From: Dendrobates tinctorius
Taxonomy: Eukaryota
Assembly: GCF_039654945.1 (NCBI RefSeq)
Contig: NW_027361831.1
Coordinates: 1,364,001 to 1,428,000 of the forward strand
Reading direction: 5' to 3'
Length of the DNA stretch: 64,000 nucleotides
In this document: positions 1 through 11,800 of the stretch, in pieces
How positions within the stretch are numbered: position 1 is the first letter of the stretch
How the letters are laid out: each line of letters begins with the position of its first letter
Translations under genes and position numbers: made by a program
The notes under the pieces: generated by a model
Told to the model about the DNA's origin: nothing
What the model saw: only the letters and a program-made list of their open reading frames with translations
The model's database searches: none

Positions 1-104
1 GTTACCGCCCCCTGTGCCCAGTAATGGAGGGGTTACTGCCCCCTGTGCCCAGTAATGGAGGGGTTACTGCCCCCTGTGCCCAGTAATGGAGGGGTTACTG
101 CCCC
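1..104. repeat. 31-bp tandem repeat (gttactgccccctgtgcccagtaatggaggg), intron 1 of a ZNF gene that continues left of the window
   Basis: Three full copies at 1, 32 and 63; a single related unit occurs at ~26850 in the paralogous intron. Confidence 0.85.
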
Positions 105-240
105 GTGATGGGGAATCTCCAGCACCTACCTCCACCTGCAGAGCCGCACTCCACATATATGGCTGCTCTGTGCGCACAGGACCTGGGATGAGGTCATAGG
201 AGGGGAGGAGTCAGGGGTCACATGATCAGGGGCCTCAGTG
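105..240 (-). promoter_or_regulatory. Promoter and non-coding first exon of a third zinc-finger gene (gene body outside the window)
   Basis: Near-identical to 26885-27015; minus-strand donor GAG|GTAGGT at ~129; E-box GTCACATGA at ~216. Confidence 0.6.
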
Positions 241-331
241 TGTGCAGGACTCTGCTGTGCTGGTTGTCATGGTGCTGGATGAGGGGAAGTTTCTGTGTGG
301 GGTCAGGAGGGGTTTACAGGGTGGGTGTAGC

Positions 332-1640
332 AGAGCCGCGTGTGTACGGGGTGTACGGAGCGGAGCGGAGCCGTGTGTGTACGAGGTGTACAGAGAGGAG
401 CCGTGTGTGTACGGAGCAGAGCCGTGTGTGTACGAGGTGTACGGAGCAGAGCCGTGTGTGTACGAGGTGTACGGAGCAGAGCCGTGTGTGTACGAGGTGT
501 ACGGAGCAGAGCCGTGTGTACGAGGTGTACGGAGCAGAGCCGTGTGTGTACGAGGTGTACGGAGCAGAGCCGTGTGTGTACGAGGTGTACGGAGCAGAGC
601 CGTGTGTGTACGAGGTGTACGAGCAGAGCCGTGTGTGTACGAGGTGTACGGAGCGGAGCCGTGTGTGCACGAGGTGTACGGAGCAGAGCCGCTTGTGTAC
701 GAGGTGTACAGAGAGGAGCCGTGTGTGTACGGAGCGGAGCCGTGTGTGTACGAGGTGTACGGAGCGGAGCCGCGTGTGTACGAGGTGTACGGAGCGGAGC
801 CACGTGTGTACGAGGTGTACGGAGCGGAGCCGCGTGTGTACGAGGTGTACGGAGCGGAGCCGCGTGTGTACGAGGTGTACGGAGCGGAGCCGCGTGTGTA
901 CGAGGTGTACGGAGCGGAGCCGTGTGTGCACGAGGTGTACGGAGCGGAGCCGTGTGTGCACGAGGTGTACGGAGCAGAGCCGCGTGTGTACGAGGTGTAC
1001 GGAGCGGAGCCGTGTGTGCACGAGGTGTACGGAGCGGAGCCGTGTGTGTACGAGGTGTACGGAGCAGAGCCGCGTGTGTACGAGGTGTACAGAGAGGAGC
1101 CGTGTGTGTACGGAGCGGAGCCGCGTGTGTACGAGGTGTACGGAGCGGAGCAGTGTGTGTACGAGGTGTACGGAGCGGAGCCGTGTGTGCACGAGGTGTA
1201 CGGAGCGGAGCCGTGTGTGCACGAGGTGTACGGAGCGGAGCCGCGTGTGCACGAGGTGTACGGAGCGGAGCCGCGTGTGTACGAGGTGTACGGAGCGGAG
1301 CCGCGTGTGTACGAGGTGTACGGAGAGGAGCCGCGTGTGTACGAGGTGTACAGAGAGGAGCCGCGTGTGTACGAGGTGTACGGAGCGGAGCCGCGTGTGC
1401 ACGAGGTGTACGGAGCAGAGCCGCGTGTGTACGAGGTGTATGGAGCGGAGCCGCACCTGTACGAGGTGTATGGAGCGGAGCCGCACCTGTACGAGGTGTA
1501 TGGAGCGGAGCCGCACCTGTACGAGGTGTACGGAGCGGAGCCGCATGTGTACGAGGTGTACGGTGTGGAGCAGTGTGTATACGAGGTGTACAAAGCAAAG
1601 CTGTGTATTTACAGGGTGCATGGAGCGGAGCCGCGTGTGT
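332..1640. repeat. 30-bp minisatellite (gtgtacgaggtgtacggagcggagccgcgt)n
   Basis: About 43 near-identical units; accounts for the six overlapping repetitive ORFs. Confidence 0.95.
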
Positions 1641-1679
1641 AGAGTGAGGGTGGTTTTCTATAAAGGGGACAGGACTACT

Positions 1680-2299
1680 GCACCATATTTAAGGGCAGAT
1701 GGATGGGGTCATGTATCGCAAGATTTTGGCCAACAACCTCCTTCCCTCAGTAAGAACATTGAAGATGGGTCGTGGCTGGGTCTTCCAGCATGACAATGTC
1801 CCACAGTACACAGTCAGGGCCACTAACGAGTGGCTCTGTAAGAAGCATTTGAAGGTCCTGGAGTGGCCTAACTAATCTCCAGACCTGAACCCAATAGAAA
1901 AATCATTTGAGGGAGCTGAAACTCAATGTTGCCCAGTGACAGGACCAAAACCTGAAAGATCTGGAGAAGATCTGTATGGAGGAGTGGGACAAAATCCCTG
2001 CTGCAGTGTGTGGAAACTTCGTCAAGAACTACAGGAAACGTCTGATCCCTGTAATTGCAAACAAAGGTTTCTGTGCCAAATATTAAGTTCTGTTTTTCTA
2101 TTGTATCAAATGCTTATTTCATGCAATAAGATGCAATTTAATTGTTTTAAAATCATACAATGTGATTTTCTAGTTTTTCTTAGATTCTGTTTCTCACAGG
2201 TGAAGTGTACCTATGATATAAATTACAGACCTCTCCATTCTTCGTAGGTGGGAAAACTTGCAAAATCATCAGTGTATTAAATACTTATCTTCCCCACTG
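1680..2299 (+). mobile_element. Tc1-like transposon, 3' fragment (decayed DDE region plus right TIR)
   Basis: Translates WVFQHDN...[14 protein letters not shown]; ends ...ccccactg|TA; TIR matches that at 10950/12917. Confidence 0.85.
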
Positions 2300-2442
2300 T
2301 ATATTTACATTAAGATTGCTTCCTTTTTCCATGCTGAATATTCCCAAGTTTGCTAACATATTTTCACACTGCAGTTCACCCATTCCCTTAATAACCTTGG
2401 TTGCTCTTCTCTGCGCCTGCTTTAGTTAAGTTATGTCCATAT

Positions 2443-2690
2443 TGGTGATGAGCGAGTATACTCGTTGCTCGGGTGATCTCTGATTATTTTGGTGTGCCCG
2501 GAGATTTAGTGTTCGTCGTCTCAGTTGCATGATTTGCGGCTAATAGCCAGCCTGAATACATGTGGGGATTGCCTGTTTGTTAGGAATTCCACACGTATTC
2601 AGGCTGTCTAGCAGCCGCCAATCATGCAGCTGCCAACAAACACTAAATCTCCGAGCACGCCAAAATACTCGAAGGTCACCTGCTCTCTGG
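2443..2690. mobile_element. Palindromic hAT-type MITE (TAGTGATGAGCGAG family), partial
   Basis: Foldback structure; same family as 17690-17902. Confidence 0.7.
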
Positions 2691-3344
2691 AATTGATCAA
2701 ATCTAGGGATGAGCGAGCACTAAAATGCTCGTTACTGGAACTGAGCAATTCCTGATGCTTATATGCTCGTTTTGAGCAACGTGTGTAATGGGAGCCAATG
2801 GGAAATCCAAACATCTTTCCAGCAGACCATACAAAGAAGTCTGTGGGGCAGTGAAAATGTTGAAACATATGTAAAAGTGGTGAGTAGAATGAGAACAGCA
2901 TGGGGAAGACACCTGGAAGCATCTCTGGCTCCCAGATCGCTGCTGAGAACAATAGTGAAACACTTTTACTGCACTTTTAGGATTGATAATAATCCTCCTG
3001 CAGTTCATCACTGAGGTTACCTGAGTTCAGGCTCTCACTTTACAGCAATGCTGCATGAGAATTAGGGCTAGGCCTAGAGTTAGGGATAGGGTTACGGAAC
3101 TCTTTCACAGCGGCGGAGGGATACACAGCTAATCCTCTTCTTGTCATTTCAGTGCAGGAGCCCCTGAAGAGCGGTCACATCAGCTGATGCAGCTGCTCTC
3201 CACGGGAGATCGTTGTGGGACACTCGTTATTAATTGGACTATGGCGGTGAGGTGAGTATAGATTGGTTTATTATTTTATCTTTATTACAGGAGATCGATG
3301 GCTTCGGGGAATTAGATGTGTGCGGTATGTACTCGATGTTATGT

Positions 3345-3545
3345 GTTCTATGTTATATGTATGTTCTGAATGTTATATGTTGTATGTTTTGTACGTTGTA
3401 TGTTCTGTTCAGTATGTTATATGTTATATATTCTGTATGTTGTATGTTCTGTGTTGTATGTTCTGTATGTCAAATGTTCTGTGTTGTATGTTCTATGTTG
3501 TATGTCCTGTATGTTGCATGTTCTGTATGTTGTATGTCCTGTATG
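3345..3545. repeat. Low-complexity (tgttgtatgttc)n repeat
   Basis: Degenerate short-period TG/TA repeat. Confidence 0.8.
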
Positions 3546-3869
3546 GTTTTTTTTACATTCAACACATTAGCCGGATGATGGGACTACTACTGTCCCATCA
3601 TTGGCTAATGTGTCACTCACTGTCAGTGTAGCAGGCATAGCCTGATGCGACTTGTAGTCCCATCGGACGATGCCTGCATACACGTACATACACAGCCCCG
3701 CACAGCCCCACGGCTCCCCCGCACAGACCACGGCCCCCACACAGACCGTGGCCCCCCGCATGGATCCACGGCCCCCCCGCACAGATCTGCGGCCCCCCCA
3801 CAGACCCAAGGCCTCCCCGCATAGACTGCAGCCCCCTGCACACACATGCAGACAGCACGCACAGCCCCA

Positions 3870-4175
3870 TCACTCTGAATGGGGGAGGAGACATGCTGCA
3901 GAGAAGGTTTGCTGTGTCTGTCAGCGTAGTGTCCAGAGGCTGGTGGCGCTACCAGGAGACAGGCCAGTACACCAGGAGACATGGAGGGGGCCGTAGGAGG
4001 GCAATAACCCAGCAGCAGGACTGCTACCTCAGCCAAGGAGGAAGAGTAGGAGTACTGCCAGAGCCCTGCAAAATGACCTTCAGCAGGTGACAAATCTGCA
4101 TGTGTCTGCACAAACGGTTAGAAACTGACTCCATAAGGATGGTCTGACTGCCCGACGTTCACAGATGGGGGTTAT
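3870..4175 (+). mobile_element. Tc1-like transposase N-terminal fragment
   Basis: [36 protein letters not shown] resembles the Tc1 paired/HTH region with its GRPR-like linker. Confidence 0.65.
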
Positions 4176-5828
4176 GTGTAGGATATGTGAGTGCCAAGGA
4201 GAGTTCCATCCCAGAAATTCTTTTCCACAAACAACGATATGCTCTGGAGTAGGACGATCATAATTTGGTGTATTTTAATCGCATTGAATATTTGATGCCA
4301 TTCGAATTTCCTGACCAAAATTAGGGGAACTTCCAAATTCAAATTTCATCTGCTTAGCTCAGCAATGAAATCACCATTACTTGAGCTTGCAATATGTATA
4401 TTTTTCAGATGGATCAAATGAATGTTTCATATTTAATGGGATTTTCCAGTACCATAATTTTGATGACCTAACCTTGGCATAGTCTTCCATCACTAGGCAT
4501 AGCTATCAATCAGCTGATATCAGCTCTGCCAGTAGCCAGATAAAACAATCTACTAAGAAGAACATGGCTCAGTACAATCTATGCAGTGGCCATTCTTGGG
4601 TTGTCCTGTGAGCTATTATTCACTTCAATCGTATTTCTTAATTTAAGTCTAAAATATTGCCCACAAAAAAATAAAAGGAGCCATGTCCGCTTTTGACCTG
4701 TCTTGTGGAATAAAATTACACATTTAAGTCATAAATGTTGTCCATTATCATTCAAGTGCAGTCCATTTTTTCTGGTTGATAGAAGCTGGCAAATTTCGAT
4801 TTTCGCTTTTACATATGAGAAAAAATGGATGCCACACTTATTGTATTTGACAGATGGATCAAAACTGGAAATCATATTCAGTACACTTTTTTAGATACAA
4901 AAAGCAGACTTCTAAATGGGGCTTTAGTGTAGGTGCCCATCTGAAAAGATTGCCTCGGTGCGGACAGATGGGTTGCGCACACACACAGTTTGTTTAAAAT
5001 ATACTCCAAGAGCCTTAAATCTGTAAGTACAATTCATACAGTTCAAAATTCATACTTTATGGAATAAAACCAAAAACTGACCTAAAAGCCTTAATTCCCT
5101 CCATAATGGATAAATAGTGATTGTGACTATTTAGAGTATACATTTTACACAGATAATGCAGAGAGTAAAGCAGAACTACAGAGTCAAATTTGCTCCAACA
5201 ATTCACACTGTGTTTGCCACAAAAAGGGCAAGCTTGATCAAGTACTAATTACAATGAGCTGACATTCTACAAATTCACTGATATTCCACTTTTCATGAGA
5301 AAAAAAAATTATGTTTCTTGGTTGTTAAAAAAGTTTAGAAAAGTGCACTTGGAGGATTGATCACGATTTAAATTCCAGGGAAATAAAATGGTCCTCAAAT
5401 TGATTCAGGGTAGGAGACGATAAAAGTCTGATTGAGCAGACGAAGCAAAAGACAACTTGTTTAAGATATTGATATACCGTAAAGTATGGCTAGGTTATTG
5501 TGAAACATTCTGTGCCTATGTTTGCTTTTTGAATAACTTCATTAGTAACTTCATACGTTTCCTAATTATCATTTACTGCCCGAAAGAGCTCTCCCTTTCT
5601 GGAGTCTGACATGTGACCTTGCTATGACTAGGAGGAAGTACTGGTTCTCCTTCAAGAGAGTGGCTTGTCATGGAGTCTTCTTGGCAATTCATTTATCCCT
5701 GGGAATGTTACTAGTGATTTGTGAATAAAACATTTCTAACATTCTGGACATGACAATGTTTATCCAATGTGAGATTTTTTTTTTTTTTTTTAAGTGCAAT
5801 TGAAGCAAAATTTTTATTAACTTGGCTG

Positions 5829-8800
5829 TCACACTTGATACATAAAATGGCATCCTCTTTGACTCATCTGATGTTTAACAAGATCTGATTTTGGGAAAAA
5901 ATGTCCACATTCTGAACATGAATACAGCTTTTCTACTGTGTGAAGTCTTTCATGAGCAACAAGATTTGATCTATGGCTAAAACATTTCCCACAGTCCAAA
6001 CATAAATACGGCTTCTCCCCAGTGTGATGTCTCTGATGTATAGTAAGATGTGATTTATTTGCAAAATACTTCCCACATTCTGAACATGAATACGGCTTCT
6101 CCCCTGTGTGAATTCTCTGATGTATAATAAGATGTGATTTCTCTGTAAATGATTTCCCACATTCTGAACATGCAAATGGTCTCTCTCCTGTGTGAACTCT
6201 CTCATGTTTAAGAAGATGTGATTTCTGCTTAAAATATTTTCCACACTCTAAACATGCGTATGGCTTCTCCCCTGTGTGAATTCTCTGATGTCTAACAAGA
6301 CTCGATTTCCGGTTAAAACATTTTCCACAATTTAAACACGAAAATGGATTCTCTCCTGTGTGGCTTCTCCAATGTCTATCAAGATCTGATTTCCGGCTAA
6401 AACTTTTCCCACAGTCTGAACATAAAAATCTTTTATCCTCTGTGTGAATTTTTTTACGTTTTGCAAAAGAAGTTTTGAGGGAAACACTTCTTCCATATTC
6501 TGAACATGAGAATATCTTCTTTCCTGCAAAAGTATTTTGATTTTTAGCTCCCTTTTTCTGCCTTTTATTTTTCTTACTAGTCGGTGATGAAGCAGAAGGA
6601 AGGACCTGTTTAAAAGTATCAGATGATATATCTTTGCTCTGAAGGGATGATGGTATACCTTGAACATTGGCATATACTCCAGTTGTATCTTGTGTGATAT
6701 CAAGGTCATCTGATAGAAAAACTGAAGATGTGAGATATTCCTCTGATGTCCTGGTACAGTCATCTGCCAAGAATAAAACCAATTATTATGTCTGAATTCA
6801 ATAACCTTCTAAATTATATTTTTATAACACTTCTATTTAAAATCTCCATAGGAATTGCAAGTAAGGCTAGTTTCACACTAGCGCTTTGGAGCGCACCGTC
6901 AAAAAGGCGCATGCGCCGCCAAACGCATACTGCGCACGGCCTGCGCCCCCAGTGATAAAGATAGGGGATGCAGGACGCATGCAGCGTCATGCGCCGGTAG
7001 GCGGAGCTACCGGCGGAGGCGCGGCAGGGGCGGGGCTTAGCGGCGGCCGTGCGCAGGCCGTCGCTGCGCTCCAAAGCGCTAGTGTGAAACTAGCCTTATA
7101 TAGCAAAATTAAATTTTTCAGTGAGAAAAAAATGCAGTACACAAGCTAAAACTAGACCTCAGAGCAAGGAGCAGTAGAGCCCAATATTAGACCACCTAGT
7201 CGCCACCGCCTGTCTCTATTAGTTTTTCAATCCAGTCAGATACCCATTAATGCAGAGCCGATCTAATCTTTAGAGTTTTTACAAGTTGTCACGAAAAGTG
7301 TGTGTTGGTAAAATAATAAAATCTGAATTACTTGCCTGTTGAATCCTCTTTCATTCCAGCACTCCATTTAGGTTGCTCTCTTTCTTGTCTGTGTGTAATT
7401 GGCACTGTGGTGATGTGTCACATAACTGCTGTATCTGGTGTTGTCTATCACGGGAGTACCGTGACAGAGTGGTCTCCCCTATTTCAGGGATCAGAAGATT
7501 GCAGCATTTGGCTACACGCATGCCTGCGCTGCTTGGATTTGCTTTACTTTCCAGTTAGCCGTACAGATTTTCCCTTGTTCAGTTGTTGCAAGGATTAAAC
7601 ACTCCCGAGTTATCTCAGCTGTTCTGATTGATTTTCTCCACTCTCCTCTGGTATAGACAGATACTCACCTATTAGCTCGAGTAGTTGCTAGTGACAGCTT
7701 GCTATATCTTGGAATTGGTTTGGAGCGGTGAGCCGTGGTTAGAGAAGTCGTTTAGAAGTAGGGTCCAGAGGTTGCTGTTTGGAAGTTTGTCTGGTGTTTT
7801 CCTTATCATTATCTCCCTTTTTGTTTTGCCTCTCCATTTCTTTTTCTTTCCCATACCATTCCATTGTCTGGGTGCGCGTTGAGAGATTCCTGCTTTCCGT
7901 TACCTTTGTCTGTTTCCCTTTGTGTCTTTATCATAGAGCATAGCGTCACTGCTGCCCCGTGCACAAGTCAGGGCCGTGCTTTGGGCAAGACGGTCATAGG
8001 AATGCAATCGCCACACGGGGTGAAGGGATGTCAGGGAGCTCAAGGTTGCACAGTGCAAGTTTTATGGATTGCCCATCGTCTTTCCCTAGTGGCAGTGCTT
8101 CCCTTACCATCTGTCTCTCCATGTACCGTCTGGTGGAGCATGACAGTATTGTTAGGTCAGTGATGGGCATCAGATCCTATATGTGCTTTATGGCATTATA
8201 ACTGCAGTCAAGAAAAAAAAATGGCATAAGCACCAACAAAGCACTGTAACCACTGTGGCATGTGACTGGAAAGGAATGTTTCTAGTATTATTCCATCACA
8301 TTCCACTCCCAGATCATAAGGGGGTAAACAGAATGGTCAGTGGGAAGCACAGAAAGCTGTCACTAATATGTAACTCACCTGTCTTGGCTTCTCTGTCGAG
8401 TCCAGTTCCCATCGTCTACTGTTGCCTTGGCTGTAGGCCACGTCGTGTTTTCCAAGTAGTACTGCAAACGATACGGCGAGTTTTCCAAGTAACATGGCGA
8501 ATTTGATGCCAACTCCTGACATCACCCAAGGCCTTTGAAAGACGATTGCAGCAACTATGTGCTACTTTTGCATGCTTTTGGAATTTGTCTCACGTTCCAT
8601 TACTCAGCTCTTCAGTGAACCTCTGCTTGTTCATCATCTACCTGCATTTACATTATGGCTTAGACCTGTACATTTTGTTTGCTGTAAGCCTCACAATAAG
8701 GTTCCATAGACATACACTGGTACAACAACTTAAACCTGTGTGATCTGTTGAGTTGACATTTCAGTCTTGTGAGCTAGAAGCGGACTGAAGAGGTGTTGAA

Positions 8801-11800
8801 AACCGGGGAAGAAATCAATTGGTGATTATTTTAATGTATCCACACTACACTACCCTAATATTAAAAAAAGGTTAAGGGTATGTGCACACGGTGCGGATTT
8901 GGTCACGCGGATTTTGTAAAATCCGCAGGTAAATCTGCAGGTCAAAAGACTTGCGGTTTTACCTGCGGATTGGCCTGCGGTTTTTCATCTCCACAATGGA
9001 GGATATGGCAAACCGCAGCGGAATCCGCAGAAAGAAGTGACATGTCAATTCTTTCTGCGGTTTAGAAACCGCAGGAAAACCGCACGGAAAAATCCGCACC
9101 GTCTGCACTGCGGTTTTTAATATCCATAGGATATTATGGTACTGTACACCGCAGCAGAAACTGCTGCGGATCCGCAGGACCAAAACCGCTGCGGAACCGC
9201 AGCAGAATCCGCAGCGTGTGCTCACACCCTTAGGGTATAACATTTTTGTTGAGATTGCATATTTAACCAATTGTTTGCTGCAAACCCTGGTCTGGCTATA
9301 CCTCTGCTTTTTTGCCTGCCTCCTTCATACCCTGCAGTACTGGTCCTCGATACAAATTCATGTCAGTCGTTGAAACAATCAGCACAGGACTTATTTATTT
9401 ACTAGATGGTGGTCCGGTTCTATCGCATCAGGTATTCTAGAGTCTCTGTTAAAATAAAAAATAGTGATATACTCACCTCCCGACGGCCCCCGGACTCTTT
9501 CTCTCCTCACCACGCTCCCGGCATCTTCCGGTCCCAGTAATGATTAGCACGAAACACCGCTGATGACGTCGCGCTCTCGCGAGAGTGACGTCATCTCCGG
9601 GCCTTCTCGCTAAGCATTACTGGTACCGGAAGATGCTGGGAGCGTGGTGAGAGGAGGGACAGAGAACGGGGGTCGTCGGAAGGTGAGTATATAATTATTT
9701 TTTATTTTAACAGAGACTCTAGAATACCCGATGCGATAGAATCGGGCCACCATCTAGTGTATTATACTCCTGTTACACCCGGAGCTGCTGTCACTGTTCT
9801 GCTGTTACCTAATGTATTGTACTCCAGTTACACCCAGAGCTGCTGTCACTGTTCTGCTGTTACCTAATATATTGTACTCCAGTTAATCCCTGAGCTGCAG
9901 TCACTGTTCTGCTTTTACCTAATGTGTTGTAGACCAGTTACACCCAGAGCTGCAGTCACTGTTCTGCTCTTACCTAATGTATTATACTCCTGTTACAGCC
10001 AGAGCTGCAGTCACTGTTCTGCTGTTACCTAATGTATTGCACTCCAGTTACACCCAGATCTCCAGTCACTATTCTGCTGTTACCTAATGTACTCCTGTTA
10101 CACCCAGATCTGCAGTCACTGTTTTGCTGTTATTGAATACGGCGAAAGGGTGGTGAATTGAATATATATATATATTATATATTTTTAAACACTTTTTTTT
10201 TTTTTTTTTAACTTTTGGCATGCTTCAATACCCTCCATAGGAGACTAGAAGCTGCCACAACTCGATCAGCTCTGCTACATAGAGGCGTTGAGATCGCCTC
10301 TATGTAGTAGAATTGCTGACTTGCTATGAACACCGACCACTGGGTGGCGCTCACAGCAATCCGGCACTGACAACCATAGAGGTCTCCAGGAGACCTCCAG
10401 TTGTCATGCCAACACACCGGTGACCTGTGATTATGTGACGCGGGTCACTGGTGTGCGTGTTTCCGTCATGATTGCCAGAAGCGCTTGTTAAATGCCGCTG
10501 TCAGAGTTTGACAGTGGCATTTAACTGGTTAATAGCTGCGGGTGGATCGCGACTCCACCCGCAGCTATTGCGAGCACCTGTCAGCTGTTCAAAACAGCTG
10601 AAATATCCCAGGAAAGATGTAGGCTCACCGCCGGAGCCCACATCAAAGGGAGGGCTTCCGACATTGGCATAAATATACGCCCAATGTTGGAAAAGGGTTA
10701 AAAAATAAAGTCTAATATTTTTAGCACATTTGTTTTATTTGGTTCTGTTTATCTACTTTTAGAACTCGTGTAAAATTCTGAAGTAGTTTTAGGCTATATT
10801 TAAGCACTAGTATTGAAAATTCTGATAGGTTCACAAACCTTCAAGCACACCTGTGTGTATATATAATTGTGTTTGAAAGTTGAACATTTCAGAATTTTTA
10901 ACACTTCTGTATCTATCTATACTTACATACACAAACAATTTGGAAAATACATTTTTGATACACTGCCGATTTTGCAAGTTTTCCCACCTACACAGAATGG
11001 AGAGGTCAGTAATTTTTTTTATCATAGATACACTTCAACTGAGAGAGACAGAATCTAAAAATAAAAAAACAGAAAATCACATTGTATGACTTTTAAATAA
11101 TTAAATTGCATTTTATTGCATGAATTAAGTATGTGATCACCTACCAACCAGCAAGAATTCTGGCTCTCACAGATCTGTTAGTTTTTCTGTAAGAAGCATC
11201 AACACCTCTTCCTTTGAGGTTCTCAGAAATCTCCTTTGTGTGTGCTGACACTGCGCGCTACTGAAGAGGAATGAATACTCATTGCTCTCTGTGATGAACA
11301 GTCCCGGTGAGTATTCTGGCAGCTGTGCTCTGCTTGTGAGCAGCGCAAGACGTCCCTGCTATACGCTGCTCACAAGCATTAAGCAGCTGCTGGCACCGGA
11401 GCAGGACACTGCGAGGGAGAGGAGGAAGGTAAGCCAATCATACCAGGATGAGGACGGGACAATGCATACCAGGACCGGGATGGGGCCAGTCATAGCAGGA
11501 TGAGGACGGGACCATGTATACCAGGACTGGGATGGGGCCAATCATACCAGGATGAGGACGGGACAATGCATACCAGGACCGGGATGGGGCCAATCATTCC
11601 TGGATAAGGATGGGACCATGCATATCAGGAACGGGATGCTGCCAATGATATCAGGATAAGGATGGGACCATGCATATCAGGAACGGGATGGGGCCAATCA
11701 TACCAGGATAAGAATGGAATCATGCATATCAGGAACGGGATGGGGCCAATCATACCAGGATAAGAATGGAATCATGCATATCAGGAATGGGATGGGGCCA

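Noticed and set aside
222-1793. Six long overlapping ORFs (431-523 aa)
   Set aside because: Translations of a stop-free 30-bp minisatellite; no protein features
8160-8790. Possible decayed coding fragment on the minus strand
   Set aside because: Multiple stops and no motif I can assign with confidence
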